DNA of 64,000 nt from Dehalococcoidia bacterium (GCA_963666115.2 CAXXET010000004.1:205247-269246), one strand, 5' to 3'. Counted from the first letter of the stretch, positions 18,017 through 28,853 are shown. Numbers and translations: made by a program. Notes: generated by a model from the letters alone, not told the origin.

Positions 18017-19459
18017 CTATATTGCCGACTGCGGAACGTACGTGTTTTGGCCGGCGGTGAGGTCTGCGAGGAAGTTGTCGGCCCACGCCTTGGCGGTGTT
18101 TTTGCGGACGCCTTCGTACAGGTTCTGCCAGCGCAACTGCCGTTCGCGATGACTCATGCCGAGAGCGGTGTGCATGGCCTCCGCAGTGCCCTCGATGTCA
18201 TAGGGATTGACGATCAGGGCTTCACGCATGGTTTCCGCCGCCCCGCAGAAACGGGACAGAACGAGGACTCCCGGGCTCGGCCCCTGCGACGCCACGAACT
18301 CCTTGGCAATGAGGTTCATGCCGTCGCGGAGGGGAGTCACGAGGCAGACGTCCGCCTCGCGGAAGAAGCGCGACAGTTCCTCCTGGCTGTAGGCGCGGTA
18401 GAGGTAGTGGACGGGCACCCAATCGGCCTCGGCAAACCGGCCGTTGATTCGACCGACGAGCCTGTCCACACGTTCGCGCTCCTCAACGTACTCCGGCACG
18501 CGGCTGCGGGAGGGCGCGGATATCTGGATCAACGTGACCTTGCCGCGGACAGCGGGATAGCGGTCCAACAGCGCTTCGAACGCCCTGAGCCGCTGGGGTA
18601 TTCCCTTGGAGTAATCGAGCCTGTCCACGCCAAGAACGACTCTCTTGCGCTCGACGGAGCGGCGCGGCAAGAGTCTCTGCAACAGGCCCCCGTCTTCCGT
18701 ATCGTCCGCTTCAGCCGTCCACCGGCGGAACTGCTCAGGGTCGGTGCCGATGGGGTAGACTCCCGCGCCAACCGTTCCGTGCTGCCCGCGAAACACGCCG
18801 GCGTCCACCGTCCCGCCAACCTCCACCTGGAGGGTATCGAGGAAGTTGTGGGCATAGCGGTTGGTGTGGAAGCCCACGAGGTCGTAGCCGACAAGTCCTT
18901 CAAGGATTTGCCTGGCCCACGGGAGGATGGAGAAGACCTCGGCGGCGGGAAACGGTGTGTGCAGGAAGAAGCCGATCTTGCCCTGCCACCCCATCCGCCG
19001 CAGTTCCGAACCCAGCGGGATGAGGTGATAGTCCTGCACCCAGACCACGTCGCCTCCACTAAGGAGGGGGTAGAGGCCCTCCGCGAAACGGCGGTTGACG
19101 CGCCGGTAGCCGCGGTAAGCGTCATGGCGGAGTTGGACGAAGTTGGGGAATGCGTGGAGCAGCGGCCACAGCGTCCGGTTGGCGAAGACCGAATAGAACA
19201 GGTTCACCTCGTCCGCAGTGAGGTTGAGCGCGCCAACGTCAATCGCGCCGCTGCGGGTTACTTCCGCTTCCCCGGCAAGGCGTCGCTCGGTGGTGGTTCC
19301 GCTCCATCCGAACCAGAGGCCGCCGTGCTGCTCCAGCGCAGCCTGGACGGCTGAGACAAGGCCGCCGACGGGCCGGTTTCGCTGGTCGCGGGAGGCATCC
19401 GGTAGCGTTGACGCGGGGAGGCGGTTGGACACGACGACAAGGCGCTGTATCTGTTGCAT
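18017..19459 (-). CDS. otsA: Alpha,alpha-trehalose-phosphate synthase (UDP-forming)
   Basis: GT20 signatures are present: VVVSNRLP, WVQDYHL and the C-terminal LVTPLRDGMNLIAKEF. The start is taken at MQQIQRL (ATG 19457..19459); the longer ORF reaches 19555. Confidence 0.9.
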   Translation of the reverse strand: MQQIQRLVVVSNRLPASTLPDASRDQRNRPVGGLVSAVQAALEQHGGLWFGWSGTTTERRLAGEAEVTRSGAIDVGALNLTADEVNLFYSVFANRTLWPLLHAFPNFVQLRHDAYRGYRRVNRRFAEGLYPLLSGGDVVWVQDYHLIPLGSELRRMGWQGKIGFFLHTPFPAAEVFSILPWARQILEGLVGYDLVGFHTNRYAHNFLDTLQVEVGGTVDAGVFRGQHGTVGAGVYPIGTDPEQFRRWTAEADDTEDGGLLQRLLPRRSVERKRVVLGVDRLDYSKGIPQRLRAFEALLDRYPAVRGKVTLIQISAPSRSRVPEYVEERERVDRLVGRINGRFAEADWVPVHYLYRAYSQEELSRFFREADVCLVTPLRDGMNLIAKEFVASQGPSPGVLVLSRFCGAAETMREALIVNPYDIEGTAEAMHTALGMSHRERQLRWQNLYEGVRKNTAKAWADNFLADLTAGQNTYVPQSAI

Positions 19460-19577
19460 CGCCTTGCCCCCTAGCCCCACCCGGAAGACCGGCCCAACGC
19501 CGCGATGTACCGCGCGGCGTGCTTTAAGGGTAGCCGTCGTGGAATACGGGGTCAAACGGGGGGGCTTTGGCGGGGTT

Positions 19578-19606
19578 CACCCTTCGACAGGCTCAGGGTG
19601 AACGGG
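19578..19606. repeat. Repeat family A copy
   Basis: cacccttcgacaggctcagggtgaacggg, in the divergent otsA/hydrolase intergenic region. Confidence 0.8.
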
Positions 19607-19679
19607 ATGGGCGTGCTACACTTTGGCATTGGGCGGGACGCAGATGCGGCGGAATGCTGCGCTTTACGGGGGAAGGGCT

Positions 19680-20480
19680 ATGCCGGAGAGCAAGTTTGTC
19701 GATATCCAAGGCCTCAAGATGCACTATCTTGAATGGGGCGACCCATCCAATCCCGATCTCCTCCTCGTGCATGGGTGGACGGGACTGGGGGCTTCGTGGG
19801 CAGCCGTTGCGGAGGCGTTCCAGGACCGGTATCACGTCATTGCGCCGGACAATCGTGGGCATGGGCAGACTGACAAGCCGGTGACGGGCTATATGCTGCG
19901 CGATTTTGCCACGGACATCGCGGAGTTGATCGACACCCTCGGTCTTGAAAAGCCCGCGTACGTCGGCCATTCCTGGGGCGGCAACATCGGCACGATCATG
20001 GCCTCCGATTTCGCGGACAAGATCTGCTGCGCGTTCCTTGAAGACCCCGTGTACTGGAAGATGGTGAACGTCCACGTGACCAGCCTTCAGCAGGCGCTTG
20101 CCCGCCACAACAGGCCGGAGGCGGATATCCGGGCCGAGGCCAAAGAGCAGGGCATGTCCGAACAAGAAGCCGATGAGCTTGTGTACCGCCACCATCACTT
20201 CTCGCCGCACGCGGTCACACGGCTGCTGACCGACAACCGCCAGTGGGCGTTCCGCTGCGAGGATCATATGCGCCGCATCGCCGTGCCCACTCTGGTGCTG
20301 GTGGCGGACATCAACGCGGGCGGCTACATGATGCCGGAGGAGCTTGAGTACTACCGCAGCATCGCCACGCCTGACCTGGACTTCCGACTGTGGCCGGACG
20401 TGGGGCACGGGATGCGCGCGGCACGCCCTGAGCAATACAACCAAGAGCTTGACGAGTTCCTCACGAGCTGCGGCGCTTGA
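19680..20480 (+). CDS. Alpha/beta hydrolase fold protein
   Basis: HGWTG oxyanion region and GHSWGG nucleophile elbow. The start is taken at MPESKFVDIQGLKMHY. Confidence 0.75.
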   Translation: MPESKFVDIQGLKMHYLEWGDPSNPDLLLVHGWTGLGASWAAVAEAFQDRYHVIAPDNRGHGQTDKPVTGYMLRDFATDIAELIDTLGLEKPAYVGHSWGGNIGTIMASDFADKICCAFLEDPVYWKMVNVHVTSLQQALARHNRPEADIRAEAKEQGMSEQEADELVYRHHHFSPHAVTRLLTDNRQWAFRCEDHMRRIAVPTLVLVADINAGGYMMPEELEYYRSIATPDLDFRLWPDVGHGMRAARPEQYNQELDEFLTSCGA

Positions 20481-21739
20481 GCAGCACGGCGCCATTTTCG
20501 ATAGCTGAGGACGAAACCGAAGCAACTTCGCGTTTCCGCACGTTCCGCTCGCTCCGCAACCCGGTCTTCCGCCGCCTCTGGATGGCGGGCTGGGTGTGGT
20601 ATGTGAACCGCATGATGGAGATGGCGGTTCTGTCATGGCTGGTGTTGGAACTGACAGACTCGCCAACACAGGTGGCGCTCGTCGGCGTGTTCCGCATGGC
20701 GCCCATGTTCATTCTCGGGCTGGTGGCGGGGAGCGTCTCAGACCGTTTCCCGCGCAAGTACGTGATGATCTCAACGCAGGTCGTCAACGTGGTGGTCGTT
20801 GGCGGGATGCTCGCCGTTCTCCTGGGCGGGGACGTCGAGCCGTGGCACGCATATCTCGCGACGTTTCTGACAGGCTCGGCCTGGGCAGTCGATTTCTCGG
20901 CGCGGCGCGCCTACTTTGCCGAGATATTCCGGGGCGACGCCCTTACGAACGCGATCTCACTGGATGTCGTCGCGTTGACGGGCAGCAGCATCGTCGGGCC
21001 GCTGTTCGCAGGGACGATCATCGAACTGGTCGACTTCTCGGGCTCGTATGCGCTGATGTTGGGACTGTACGCGGCGGCGGGCTGGGTGCTGTTCTTCATC
21101 CCGAAAACTGACTCGATGGGCGCGGAAAAGACGCCCGTGCTGCGGCACTTAAAGGAATCGGTGACGGCGCTGGCAACCAACAGGGCGCTCGTGGCCGCCC
21201 TGACCATCACGGTCAGCCTCAACTTCTTCGGATTCCCCTTCCTGACGATGGTGCCGGTGATCGGGCGCGACGTGCTGGGCGCGAATGCGTTTCTGTACGG
21301 GATATTGGCGGGCGCGGCGGGAATCGGCTCGCTGACGGGGGCGATCATCATCGCGTCGCGCCAGATACGGAGCCATGGGCAGGTCTATTCGCTTGGCTCA
21401 GCGTTCATGCTGGGGATGCTGGTGCTGTTCTCGCTTTCCGAGTGGTACGGGGTTTCCCTTGTTCTGCTGATGGTGGCGGGCCTGGGCATGGCCGGCTTTG
21501 CCACGATGCAGCCGACAATCGCCCTCCGTGCCGTCAGCCCTGAAATGCGAGGACGCGCCATGGGCGCAATCGCCCTCGGAATAGGCGCAAGCCCCCTGGG
21601 AATGCTAACGGTAGGCTGGCTGGCAGAACCCGACCTCCTCGGCCCTCAAATGGCCCTAGCAGTCCTAACAGGAACAGGCTTCGTCGTAGTAATGATTCTG
21701 CGCCTCCTACTGCCGGAACTACGGGCGCAGAGGGGTTAG
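20477..21739 (+). CDS. MFS transporter
   Basis: 420 aa with about 12 hydrophobic segments and a DRFPRK loop motif. The start overlaps the stop of the upstream gene. Confidence 0.8.
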   Translation: MSSTAPFSIAEDETEATSRFRTFRSLRNPVFRRLWMAGWVWYVNRMMEMAVLSWLVLELTDSPTQVALVGVFRMAPMFILGLVAGSVSDRFPRKYVMISTQVVNVVVVGGMLAVLLGGDVEPWHAYLATFLTGSAWAVDFSARRAYFAEIFRGDALTNAISLDVVALTGSSIVGPLFAGTIIELVDFSGSYALMLGLYAAAGWVLFFIPKTDSMGAEKTPVLRHLKESVTALATNRALVAALTITVSLNFFGFPFLTMVPVIGRDVLGANAFLYGILAGAAGIGSLTGAIIIASRQIRSHGQVYSLGSAFMLGMLVLFSLSEWYGVSLVLLMVAGLGMAGFATMQPTIALRAVSPEMRGRAMGAIALGIGASPLGMLTVGWLAEPDLLGPQMALAVLTGTGFVVVMILRLLLPELRAQRG

Positions 21740-22827
21740 CTTTCTCGCGCGCCTTCTTGGTCAAGGAGACTCTTCTTGCGTTCGGGGCCGAGGGCGTACC
21801 CGCCGAGTGTGCCGTCAGTTCGCACGACGCGGTGGCACGGAACGACGATGGGCGTTGGGTTTTTCGCGCAGGCGTTGGCGACGGCGCGCGTTGCGCTAGG
21901 CTCCCCAATCTCTTCCGCAACCTGCGAGTACGTGCGGGTTTCCCCGCGCGGAATGCGGCGGAGGGCTTCCCACACGCGGCGCTGGAAAGCCGTGCCGCGC
22001 ACGTCCAAGGGCAGATCGCCTGCCGTGTCCGGCGTCTCGCCGCAGACAATGTCGGCGACGACGGCGGCCCACGATGCAATGCGCCCCTCATCCCGCCTAA
22101 ACGAAGCATTCGGAAACTCCGATGCCAGCGTTGCCTCATGCGCCGCGTCATCATCGGCCAGCGAAATCCGACACACCCCCTTCTCCGTCCCCGCCACCAG
22201 CAGACGCCCAAGCGGACTGTCAACAATGGCATACGAAATAGAGACCCCTGCCCCGCCATTGCGGTACTGCCCCGGCGTCATGCCAAGGCGGGCGTCCGAG
22301 GATTCATAGAGCCTGCTGGGAGAGCCGAACCCGCTGTCATAGAGCGCGGACGTCACGTCATGGCCGTTGCGCGCGCCGTCCTTGAATCGCTCAAGCCGGC
22401 GCTGCTCCGCGTACTGGCGCGGGGTGATGCCAACGATCATCTTGAAGGAGCGGCGGAGGGTGTGGTCGGTGACGCCGACAATGCGGGCAAGCGCGGCAAC
22501 AGTTAGCGGCTGATCGGGCGGAGCGTCGATAAGTTCGCACGCCCGCGTGACCACGGCGACGGCGCGGGTATGGGGGCCGCCCTCATCAGGCCGGCAGCGT
22601 TTGCAGGGGCGGTAGCCGGCGGCGCGGGCCTCGGCTATCTCGTCAAAGAACTCGATGTTCTTGCGGAGGACGGGCGCTCCCCGACAGGTTGTAAGGCAAT
22701 AGACGCCCGTCGTCTTGACGCCAAACGTGAACGCGGTCTCATACGCGGGATCGTGGTTCTGGATGGCCTCCCAGCGTTCGTCCGCGAGCGCGTTCTGTGC
22801 TGTGTTGCGTTCGATTGTTGCTGTCAT
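21736..22827 (-). CDS. ada: Ada-type bifunctional regulator: Zn-binding methylphosphotriester domain + AraC HTH + O6-methylguanine-DNA methyltransferase
   Basis: The N-terminal Cys cluster (YCLTTCRG...CKRCRP), the AraC-type HTH region and the C-terminal PCHRVV alkyltransferase motif are all present. The start is taken at MTATIERN (ATG 22825..22827). Confidence 0.8.
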   Translation of the reverse strand: MTATIERNTAQNALADERWEAIQNHDPAYETAFTFGVKTTGVYCLTTCRGAPVLRKNIEFFDEIAEARAAGYRPCKRCRPDEGGPHTRAVAVVTRACELIDAPPDQPLTVAALARIVGVTDHTLRRSFKMIVGITPRQYAEQRRLERFKDGARNGHDVTSALYDSGFGSPSRLYESSDARLGMTPGQYRNGGAGVSISYAIVDSPLGRLLVAGTEKGVCRISLADDDAAHEATLASEFPNASFRRDEGRIASWAAVVADIVCGETPDTAGDLPLDVRGTAFQRRVWEALRRIPRGETRTYSQVAEEIGEPSATRAVANACAKNPTPIVVPCHRVVRTDGTLGGYALGPERKKSLLDQEGARES

Positions 22828-22921
22828 GTCCCCCGCCCCGTTGGCGTGTAGGTTTGGTTCAGGGGCATGATGGCAGGCGCTCAACCAGGCCGTCTATCCG
22901 ATTTCTCTGTGGAGGTCAGAC

Positions 22922-24460
22922 CTACCCCAAACTCTGGTAGTGGTACATCGGCTGCTCAGGCACACGCCAATCTGCGTAATACTCGCGCAAATACGGCTCC
23001 AGCCGCGCCGCGAGGCTTCGGCGGTTGGTAAGGTCATCAGGCGCGGGCGTGCCCAGTTCCTCGCGGACGGCCTCGATCACATCCTCTGCGGGAATCGTGA
23101 GGAGTTTGCGGTCCTGCAGAATGGTCTTGCCCTCGACGATCACGGTCTCAACGTCCGTGGCGCGGGCGCGTGAGACGAGGACATCCAGCACATCGAGGTT
23201 CTCGGCGACGTATGGCGTAGAAATCCGGTCCCAGTCGAGCAAAACCATGTCGGCGCGCTTGCCAACCTCAAGGGAGCCGATCAATTCCTCGCCGAACGTG
23301 GTCTCATACGCGCCGCCCAGCGTGGCCATGTGGAGAACCTGGTGGGACGTGAGGTGGGGCACGTCAAGGCCGGGGGGACGGTGCAGGCGCGTTGCGAGCG
23401 CCATTTCCTGGAAGTGGTCGTCATCATCGTTGATGGACGTGCTGTCCGTGCCGAGAGCGACGTGTACCCCCTGCCGGTGCATTTCAAGGACGGGCGCGAT
23501 GCCGCTGCGGAGCCGCAGGTTGGAACTCGGGTTGTGGCTGATGCTGGTCCCGGTTTCGGCGAGAATCGCGATGTCCTCAGACGTCAGCCAGACACAGTGG
23601 GCAAGGGATGTCCTGGGGCCGAGGAATCCAAGCTCGTTGAACCGCTGCACGGGAGTTTGGCCGTGGAGCCGCTCAGCGTAGAGCCTCTGGTAGTAGCTTT
23701 CGACGCAGTGGGTATGGAGGCCGACATTCGCGGCGCGGGCCAGGTCTGCGATTTGCGCCAGCGTGTCCTCATCCGCCCAGTGGTACGCCTGTGGGCTGTA
23801 GAGCAGCCGCACCATGTTGGTGGAATCGGCGGGGTAGTCGCGGATCAGGTCGGCGGTCATGGCCAGGTAGTCTTCAGTGGACAGGATGGAGCTGTCGATG
23901 ATGCCGCGGACGCCGCCGGCGAGGTCGTCCGGCATCTTGCTCAGGACATCCTCATCGTTGCCGTACACCAGGTAGCACTGGTTCTTGAACGCGAGGGAAA
24001 ACGCCGTCCGAACACCGGCCTGGGCAAAAGCGCGGAGGTTGGCCTGGGCCTCGTCCCAGACCATGCGGCGGGCCGTGGCGGACTGGTTGAACATGACGGT
24101 GGTGACGCCGGAGCGGACGAGGTTGAGGAGCGTGTAGAGCATCATGTTGAACGGCTCCACCGCGCGGCGCCCCCACGAGTGGTTGATCCACGTTTCAAGG
24201 CCGCCGTCCGGCTGGCCGAGCAGGAGTCCCGAGAGGCCCCGGCCATGGTGGTGGGCGTTGACCATGCCGGGCATGAGGAACTGGCGGCCGTTGCCGACGA
24301 CGTCCGCGTCCGGGTACCGGGAACGGAGGCCGTCGTAGGCGCCCACGGCGACAATCTCCCCATCCGTCTGCGCCACTGCGCCGTCTGTCAAAAGAACGCT
24401 GTCGCCGTCAAGATCGGCGCGGACGAGGACGTGCTTGCCGCGCGTGATGGTGGTTGTCAT
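22922..24460 (-). CDS. Amidohydrolase-superfamily deaminase/chlorohydrolase-like protein
   Basis: It has the metal-binding MVNAHHHG motif and later HC..L / GTDS motifs. The start is taken at MTTTITRGK (24460). Confidence 0.75.
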   Translation of the reverse strand: MTTTITRGKHVLVRADLDGDSVLLTDGAVAQTDGEIVAVGAYDGLRSRYPDADVVGNGRQFLMPGMVNAHHHGRGLSGLLLGQPDGGLETWINHSWGRRAVEPFNMMLYTLLNLVRSGVTTVMFNQSATARRMVWDEAQANLRAFAQAGVRTAFSLAFKNQCYLVYGNDEDVLSKMPDDLAGGVRGIIDSSILSTEDYLAMTADLIRDYPADSTNMVRLLYSPQAYHWADEDTLAQIADLARAANVGLHTHCVESYYQRLYAERLHGQTPVQRFNELGFLGPRTSLAHCVWLTSEDIAILAETGTSISHNPSSNLRLRSGIAPVLEMHRQGVHVALGTDSTSINDDDDHFQEMALATRLHRPPGLDVPHLTSHQVLHMATLGGAYETTFGEELIGSLEVGKRADMVLLDWDRISTPYVAENLDVLDVLVSRARATDVETVIVEGKTILQDRKLLTIPAEDVIEAVREELGTPAPDDLTNRRSLAARLEPYLREYYADWRVPEQPMYHYQSLG

Positions 24461-24488
24461 TTTCTCCTCCACTACCCGGCCGTCCGCG

Positions 24489-24944
24489 CTAGCGCCCGAT
24501 TGTGGCAACAAGCCGCACGAAATCGTGGCGTGTGATGATGCCGATGAGCTTGTCGTCGCGGACGACGGGAAGCCGCTTGAGCCGCCGCTGGTGCATGATG
24601 CGCACGACGTCTTCCACCGCCGTGCCCTCCCTGACGGTCACGACAGGCGTGGACATGACCTGCGAGACAAGCGTGTCGCCCATCGCCGCGTGGAGGTCGC
24701 CAATCTCATTTTGATTCCCCACAACGTGGCCGAAAAGCTCAAAAACCGTTCCGTGCATCCCGGGATCGCGGATGGGCTTCAGGAAGAAGTCCGAGTGGCT
24801 CATGATCCCAACGAGATGATCGCGGTCATTCACAACAGGCAGCGCGCTGATGTTGTGATCGAGCATGATATTGGCGGCATCCACAACCGTCGCGTCGGCC
24901 CGAACGGTGTAGACACGGGTTGACATGATTTCTGATGCGTCCAT
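24489..24944 (-). CDS. CBS domain pair protein
   Basis: Two CBS repeats are present (IM..RVYTV...A...M..H.ISALPVV ; VMSTPVVTV...RRLKRLPVV). Confidence 0.8.
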   Translation of the reverse strand: MDASEIMSTRVYTVRADATVVDAANIMLDHNISALPVVNDRDHLVGIMSHSDFFLKPIRDPGMHGTVFELFGHVVGNQNEIGDLHAAMGDTLVSQVMSTPVVTVREGTAVEDVVRIMHQRRLKRLPVVRDDKLIGIITRHDFVRLVATIGR

Positions 24945-25013
24945 TGCCCACTCCAGTCCCCATCCCCTGCCCTTGCCAGTCAATCATAGCGAATCAATCA
25001 GCGGCACGCCCAC

Positions 25014-25811
25014 CTATACACCGGCTATGTCGGTGAGAAACGCGGCGACATCAACAGGCGAATCCAGCCGGTACGCTGCCTCAGTATCGTGGTCAGGCCC
25101 GCCCACGAAGATTGAGAGGCCGCCTGAGACATTGACTTCCCGAAAGGCGTCTTCGTCCGTTGTGTCGTCGCCGACGTAGACGGGCAACCGCCGCGCCCCT
25201 GACGTTCGCTCCAGTGTTTCCAGGATGAAGCGCAGGGCCGCGCCCTTGTCGCGGGCGGCGGCCGGTCGGATATCAAGCACCTTCTTGCCCTGCACGACGA
25301 TGATCTTGCCATCAGCGACTGCGCCTGCGGTCGCGTCGCGGACAACCTGCTGCACCTGCGCCTCCAAATCCATCGGCGCCATGCGAAAGTGGACGCTCAA
25401 GCTCACGCCCTTGTCTTCGACGAACGCCCCGTCAATCTCACCGACTCCCCCCTCAAGCCCCCGCCGCAAGTCAGCCATGACCAGCCACGCCCGCTCAGCG
25501 ACACCATCCTCAATCGCCATGCCGGGCACGTCGATCTCCATTCCGTGATTGCCGGAATAGATCGCCCCTGGAATCCCTGCCCGCCCCCGAACGTCATCAA
25601 GCGCCCGCCCGCTCACAATTGCAACGTCGAATCTTGCCAACTCAGCAAGCCGCCCAAGCGCGTCCGCGCACGCCGGCAGTATGGAAGCGTCCTCCGGGCG
25701 GTCAAAGATTGGCGAAAGCGTCCCGTCAAAATCACACGCAATCAGCACGTGGCTGGCGGTCTGCAAACGGGTCTTCACCTCCGCCCAGTGCTCGAACAAC
25801 GGCTCTGCCAT
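25014..25811 (-). CDS. otsB: Trehalose-phosphatase
   Basis: It has the HAD motif I (IACDFDGTLSPI), a later GNHG and the C-terminal YVGDDTTDEDAF. Confidence 0.85.
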   Translation of the reverse strand: MAEPLFEHWAEVKTRLQTASHVLIACDFDGTLSPIFDRPEDASILPACADALGRLAELARFDVAIVSGRALDDVRGRAGIPGAIYSGNHGMEIDVPGMAIEDGVAERAWLVMADLRRGLEGGVGEIDGAFVEDKGVSLSVHFRMAPMDLEAQVQQVVRDATAGAVADGKIIVVQGKKVLDIRPAAARDKGAALRFILETLERTSGARRLPVYVGDDTTDEDAFREVNVSGGLSIFVGGPDHDTEAAYRLDSPVDVAAFLTDIAGV

Positions 25812-25833
25812 GCGCTTGATCCCGCCTGTCCGA

Positions 25834-27090
25834 CTAGGCAGGCCGCTCCGCCTCCGGCTCGCCCCCGTCCGCCGACGCCCCCCGCGCAGTATCCTGTTGC
25901 GCCTCCATCATCGCCCCGCGCAGACCCACGGATTCCGCCGGTTCGTCCCCCATGTACAGCGTCCGGTGCGGGAAGGGTATCTCAATGCCCTCCTCATCGA
26001 AGGCTTTCTTGATGCGAAGGCGGTACTCGCCGGACACCTCCCATTGGCGGATGGGCAAGACCTCGCCGAGAACCTTAATCTCGATGGCGGAGTCGCCGAA
26101 GCTGTCGATGCGCAGGGCCTTGATGGGCTCAAGGAAAACCGGCCCCCATTCCTCCTCGTCGGCCATCTCCTGCCCCACCCGGTTCAGCACGGCAAAGGCG
26201 TGCTCGATGTCGGTCTTGTACGCGACGCCGATGTTCATGTTCACGCGGGACATGTCCTTCGTGTAATTGGTGGTCGTGGTGATCGTGCCGTTGGGGATGG
26301 TGTGCTGCTTGTAGTCAAGGTCACGGAGAAGCGTGCGGCGGAGATTGATGTCCTCAACCAGTCCGGCGGTGCCCGCGATGCTGACGACATCGCCGATGCG
26401 GTATTGATTTTCGAGCGTGATGAATATCCCGCTGAGAACATCGCGAATCAGGTTCTGCACCGCAAAGCCGACACCGACGGCAATCGCGCCCGCGGCGACC
26501 AGGAGCGGAGCGAGGTCGACGCCGATCTGGCTGAGCGCGAGAAAGACGGTTAGCAGCACGATGGCGGCGCGGGCCGTTCCGACGACGACGTCTGAGAGCG
26601 TGTCAATGTTCTTTTGGATTTCTTCTTCAAGGGTGACGTTGGCGCGTGCCCGGATATTGGACTCGACAAGGCGCGGCACGCTGAACGTGACGATGCGCAT
26701 GGCGATGATGCCGCCGATGACGATGAGGATGACCGGGAGGGCGTTATCGACGGCGGTCTCCAGCGCCCACTGCCCCACCGCAGACATCGACCCCCTGGCG
26801 AGGGAGGAGTAGCCAAGCGCGAACGCAGCGGCTATCTCGATTGTGGCGATGACGATGATGAGCCATGCCGCCCGCACCACCATTGAACTCAGATCGGCTT
26901 GCAGCCACTCGAATCCGCCGGGGAATACCCGGTCAATGGACCGGAGCAATGCCCTGATGAGAGGAGGAAGCGCCAGCCAGACGGCCAGCATCAGGGCAAC
27001 CGCCCCGCCGCCCCAGACAGCGATGAATTGCAGGAACGGCCCGGGGTCGTCTATGACAGCCTGGAAGTCGGACAGAATCTCCTCAATCAC
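25834..27090 (-). CDS. Mechanosensitive ion channel (MscS family)
   Basis: It has N-terminal TM helices and then the MscS beta-domain signature IGDVVSIAGTAGLVEDINLRRTLLRDLD..HTIPNG. Confidence 0.85.
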   Translation of the reverse strand: MIEEILSDFQAVIDDPGPFLQFIAVWGGGAVALMLAVWLALPPLIRALLRSIDRVFPGGFEWLQADLSSMVVRAAWLIIVIATIEIAAAFALGYSSLARGSMSAVGQWALETAVDNALPVILIVIGGIIAMRIVTFSVPRLVESNIRARANVTLEEEIQKNIDTLSDVVVGTARAAIVLLTVFLALSQIGVDLAPLLVAAGAIAVGVGFAVQNLIRDVLSGIFITLENQYRIGDVVSIAGTAGLVEDINLRRTLLRDLDYKQHTIPNGTITTTTNYTKDMSRVNMNIGVAYKTDIEHAFAVLNRVGQEMADEEEWGPVFLEPIKALRIDSFGDSAIEIKVLGEVLPIRQWEVSGEYRLRIKKAFDEEGIEIPFPHRTLYMGDEPAESVGLRGAMMEAQQDTARGASADGGEPEAERPA

Positions 27091-27212
27091 CCGCGATGAT
27101 CCTCCTCACGCATCAATGTAAGTACCTTCAATGATAGACGCATGCGCTTGACGCCCCATTGCGCAGGGCACACGCTAGTCAAACACAGGGAGAAGAGGGG
27201 GCGCCACATACC

Positions 27213-28091
27213 ATGCGCATTGGTGTTGAACTCGCGGTCCGCACACCGGTCAACGAACTGGTGGACTATATCAAGAATTACGATTCCTACGGCTTTGAGC
27301 GGATCTGGGTGCCGGACGCGGCCTTCTCGCAATGGGAGGTGTGGACGACGGCGGCGCTGGCGGCGATGTACACGACCACGGCGCGCATCGGCGTCGGCGT
27401 AATGGCGCCGTACCACCGGAATCCGGCTGTCATTGCCCATGCCGCAGCAACGCTCGATCAGTTGTCCGGCGGGAGAGTTGACCTGTCGATTGGCCGGGGG
27501 TCGCGGCCGTATATCGCAAGCATCGACGCGGATCGGCCGGATGAGGCCGTGACGGAGGCGATCACGATCATCAACGGCCTGCTTTCGGGCGAGACGGTGA
27601 GCATGGAGGGGACGGCGTTCACGTTCAGGGATGTCTCACAGCGTGTTCAGCCGGTCCAGGACCACGTCTCAATCGCCATCGCGTCCATGAGCCGCTATTG
27701 GCTGGATATTGCGCGCGATACGGCGGACGGGGTTCACCTGTACACCAGCAACCCCACCCTGCTGGCCACGGCACAGGAGACGAAACGCGCAGCAAAGAAT
27801 CCCGATTTTGAGGTCACAACCACCCTGGGGTACGTGGAGCCGGAAGAGGTGCGCGAGTGGTGGGTCAACAACTTTGGCCGCAACTTCAACTTGCAGCAGT
27901 TGTGCGGTCGTGAGCCAAACACGGCGAGCTACGAGGATCTGGCCGCAGAGCTGGTCTTCACGGATGCCACAAGCCTGCGAGAGCACTTGCAGCGCATGGA
28001 ATCATTCGGCGTCGATGAACTGATGATTGCGTACCGCCGCGCAGAAGACCTGCCCGCTATCGCGGAGATGGTGGCAGCGGCGCGGGCGTAA
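27213..28091 (+). CDS. LLM-class (luciferase-like) flavin/F420-dependent oxidoreductase
   Basis: MRIGVEL start, ...FERIWVPD... and the GRVDLSIGRG motif. ATG 27213 follows GAGAAGAGGGGG. Confidence 0.75.
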   Translation: MRIGVELAVRTPVNELVDYIKNYDSYGFERIWVPDAAFSQWEVWTTAALAAMYTTTARIGVGVMAPYHRNPAVIAHAAATLDQLSGGRVDLSIGRGSRPYIASIDADRPDEAVTEAITIINGLLSGETVSMEGTAFTFRDVSQRVQPVQDHVSIAIASMSRYWLDIARDTADGVHLYTSNPTLLATAQETKRAAKNPDFEVTTTLGYVEPEEVREWWVNNFGRNFNLQQLCGREPNTASYEDLAAELVFTDATSLREHLQRMESFGVDELMIAYRRAEDLPAIAEMVAAARA

Positions 28092-28100
28092 GCGGGAAAC

Positions 28101-28853
28101 CTACTCCGAAACAGGCTCGCGTTCGGCGGTTGATTCACGCGTGAGGAGGCCGTCGCGGAGTTCGAGGATGCGGTCCGCCGCAGTCATGATTGCGCGGTCG
28201 TGTGTCGCGGCGATGATCAGGACTCTCTCCTCTTCGACCAGGCTCCTGAACAGCGAAAAGATGGTCTGGGCGGATACGGAATCGAGTTCGCCCGTCGGCT
28301 CATCGGCCATGAGGACGGAAGGGCGCGATGCGATAGCGCGGGCGATGCCGACGCGCTGCTGTTCGCCGCCGGAGAGTTCATAGGGGCGGTGCCGCATCCT
28401 GTGTACGAGGCCCACGCGATCCATCACTTCCCGGGCGCGCTCTTCACGGTCTCTGCGAGACCAGCCCGAGATTCGCAGCGGGAGTTCCACGTTTTCCGCC
28501 GCCGTCAGCAGCGGCATGAGCGAGGACGACTGAAACACGATGCCGACGTGCTGCCGCCGGAGCGCGGCGCGGCCTTCTTCCGAGAGTCCGTTCAAACGCT
28601 GTCCTGCCAGATACGCCTCCCCGGCGGTGGAGCGGTCAAGCCCGGCAAGGATGTTGAGGAGGGTGGTCTTGCCGGAGCCGGACCTGCCAATCAGGGCGAT
28701 GAACTCGCCTGCGGCTCCGCTCATGTCAACGCCGCGCAGGGCGTGCAGCCGTTCTGCGCCAAGCGTGTACACGCGCTCGACGCCTCGCGCCTCGGCAAGA
28801 ATCGGCGGCCCTGTGCCGTCGTGCGACGCGGTGGCCATGGCCCTAGAACTCAC
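28101..28853 (-). CDS. ABC transporter ATP-binding protein (MacB/LolD-type)
   Basis: Walker A GRSGSGKTT, signature LSGGEQQRV and Walker B LMADEPTGELD are present. Confidence 0.9.
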   Translation of the reverse strand: MSSRAMATASHDGTGPPILAEARGVERVYTLGAERLHALRGVDMSGAAGEFIALIGRSGSGKTTLLNILAGLDRSTAGEAYLAGQRLNGLSEEGRAALRRQHVGIVFQSSSLMPLLTAAENVELPLRISGWSRRDREERAREVMDRVGLVHRMRHRPYELSGGEQQRVGIARAIASRPSVLMADEPTGELDSVSAQTIFSLFRSLVEEERVLIIAATHDRAIMTAADRILELRDGLLTRESTAEREPVSE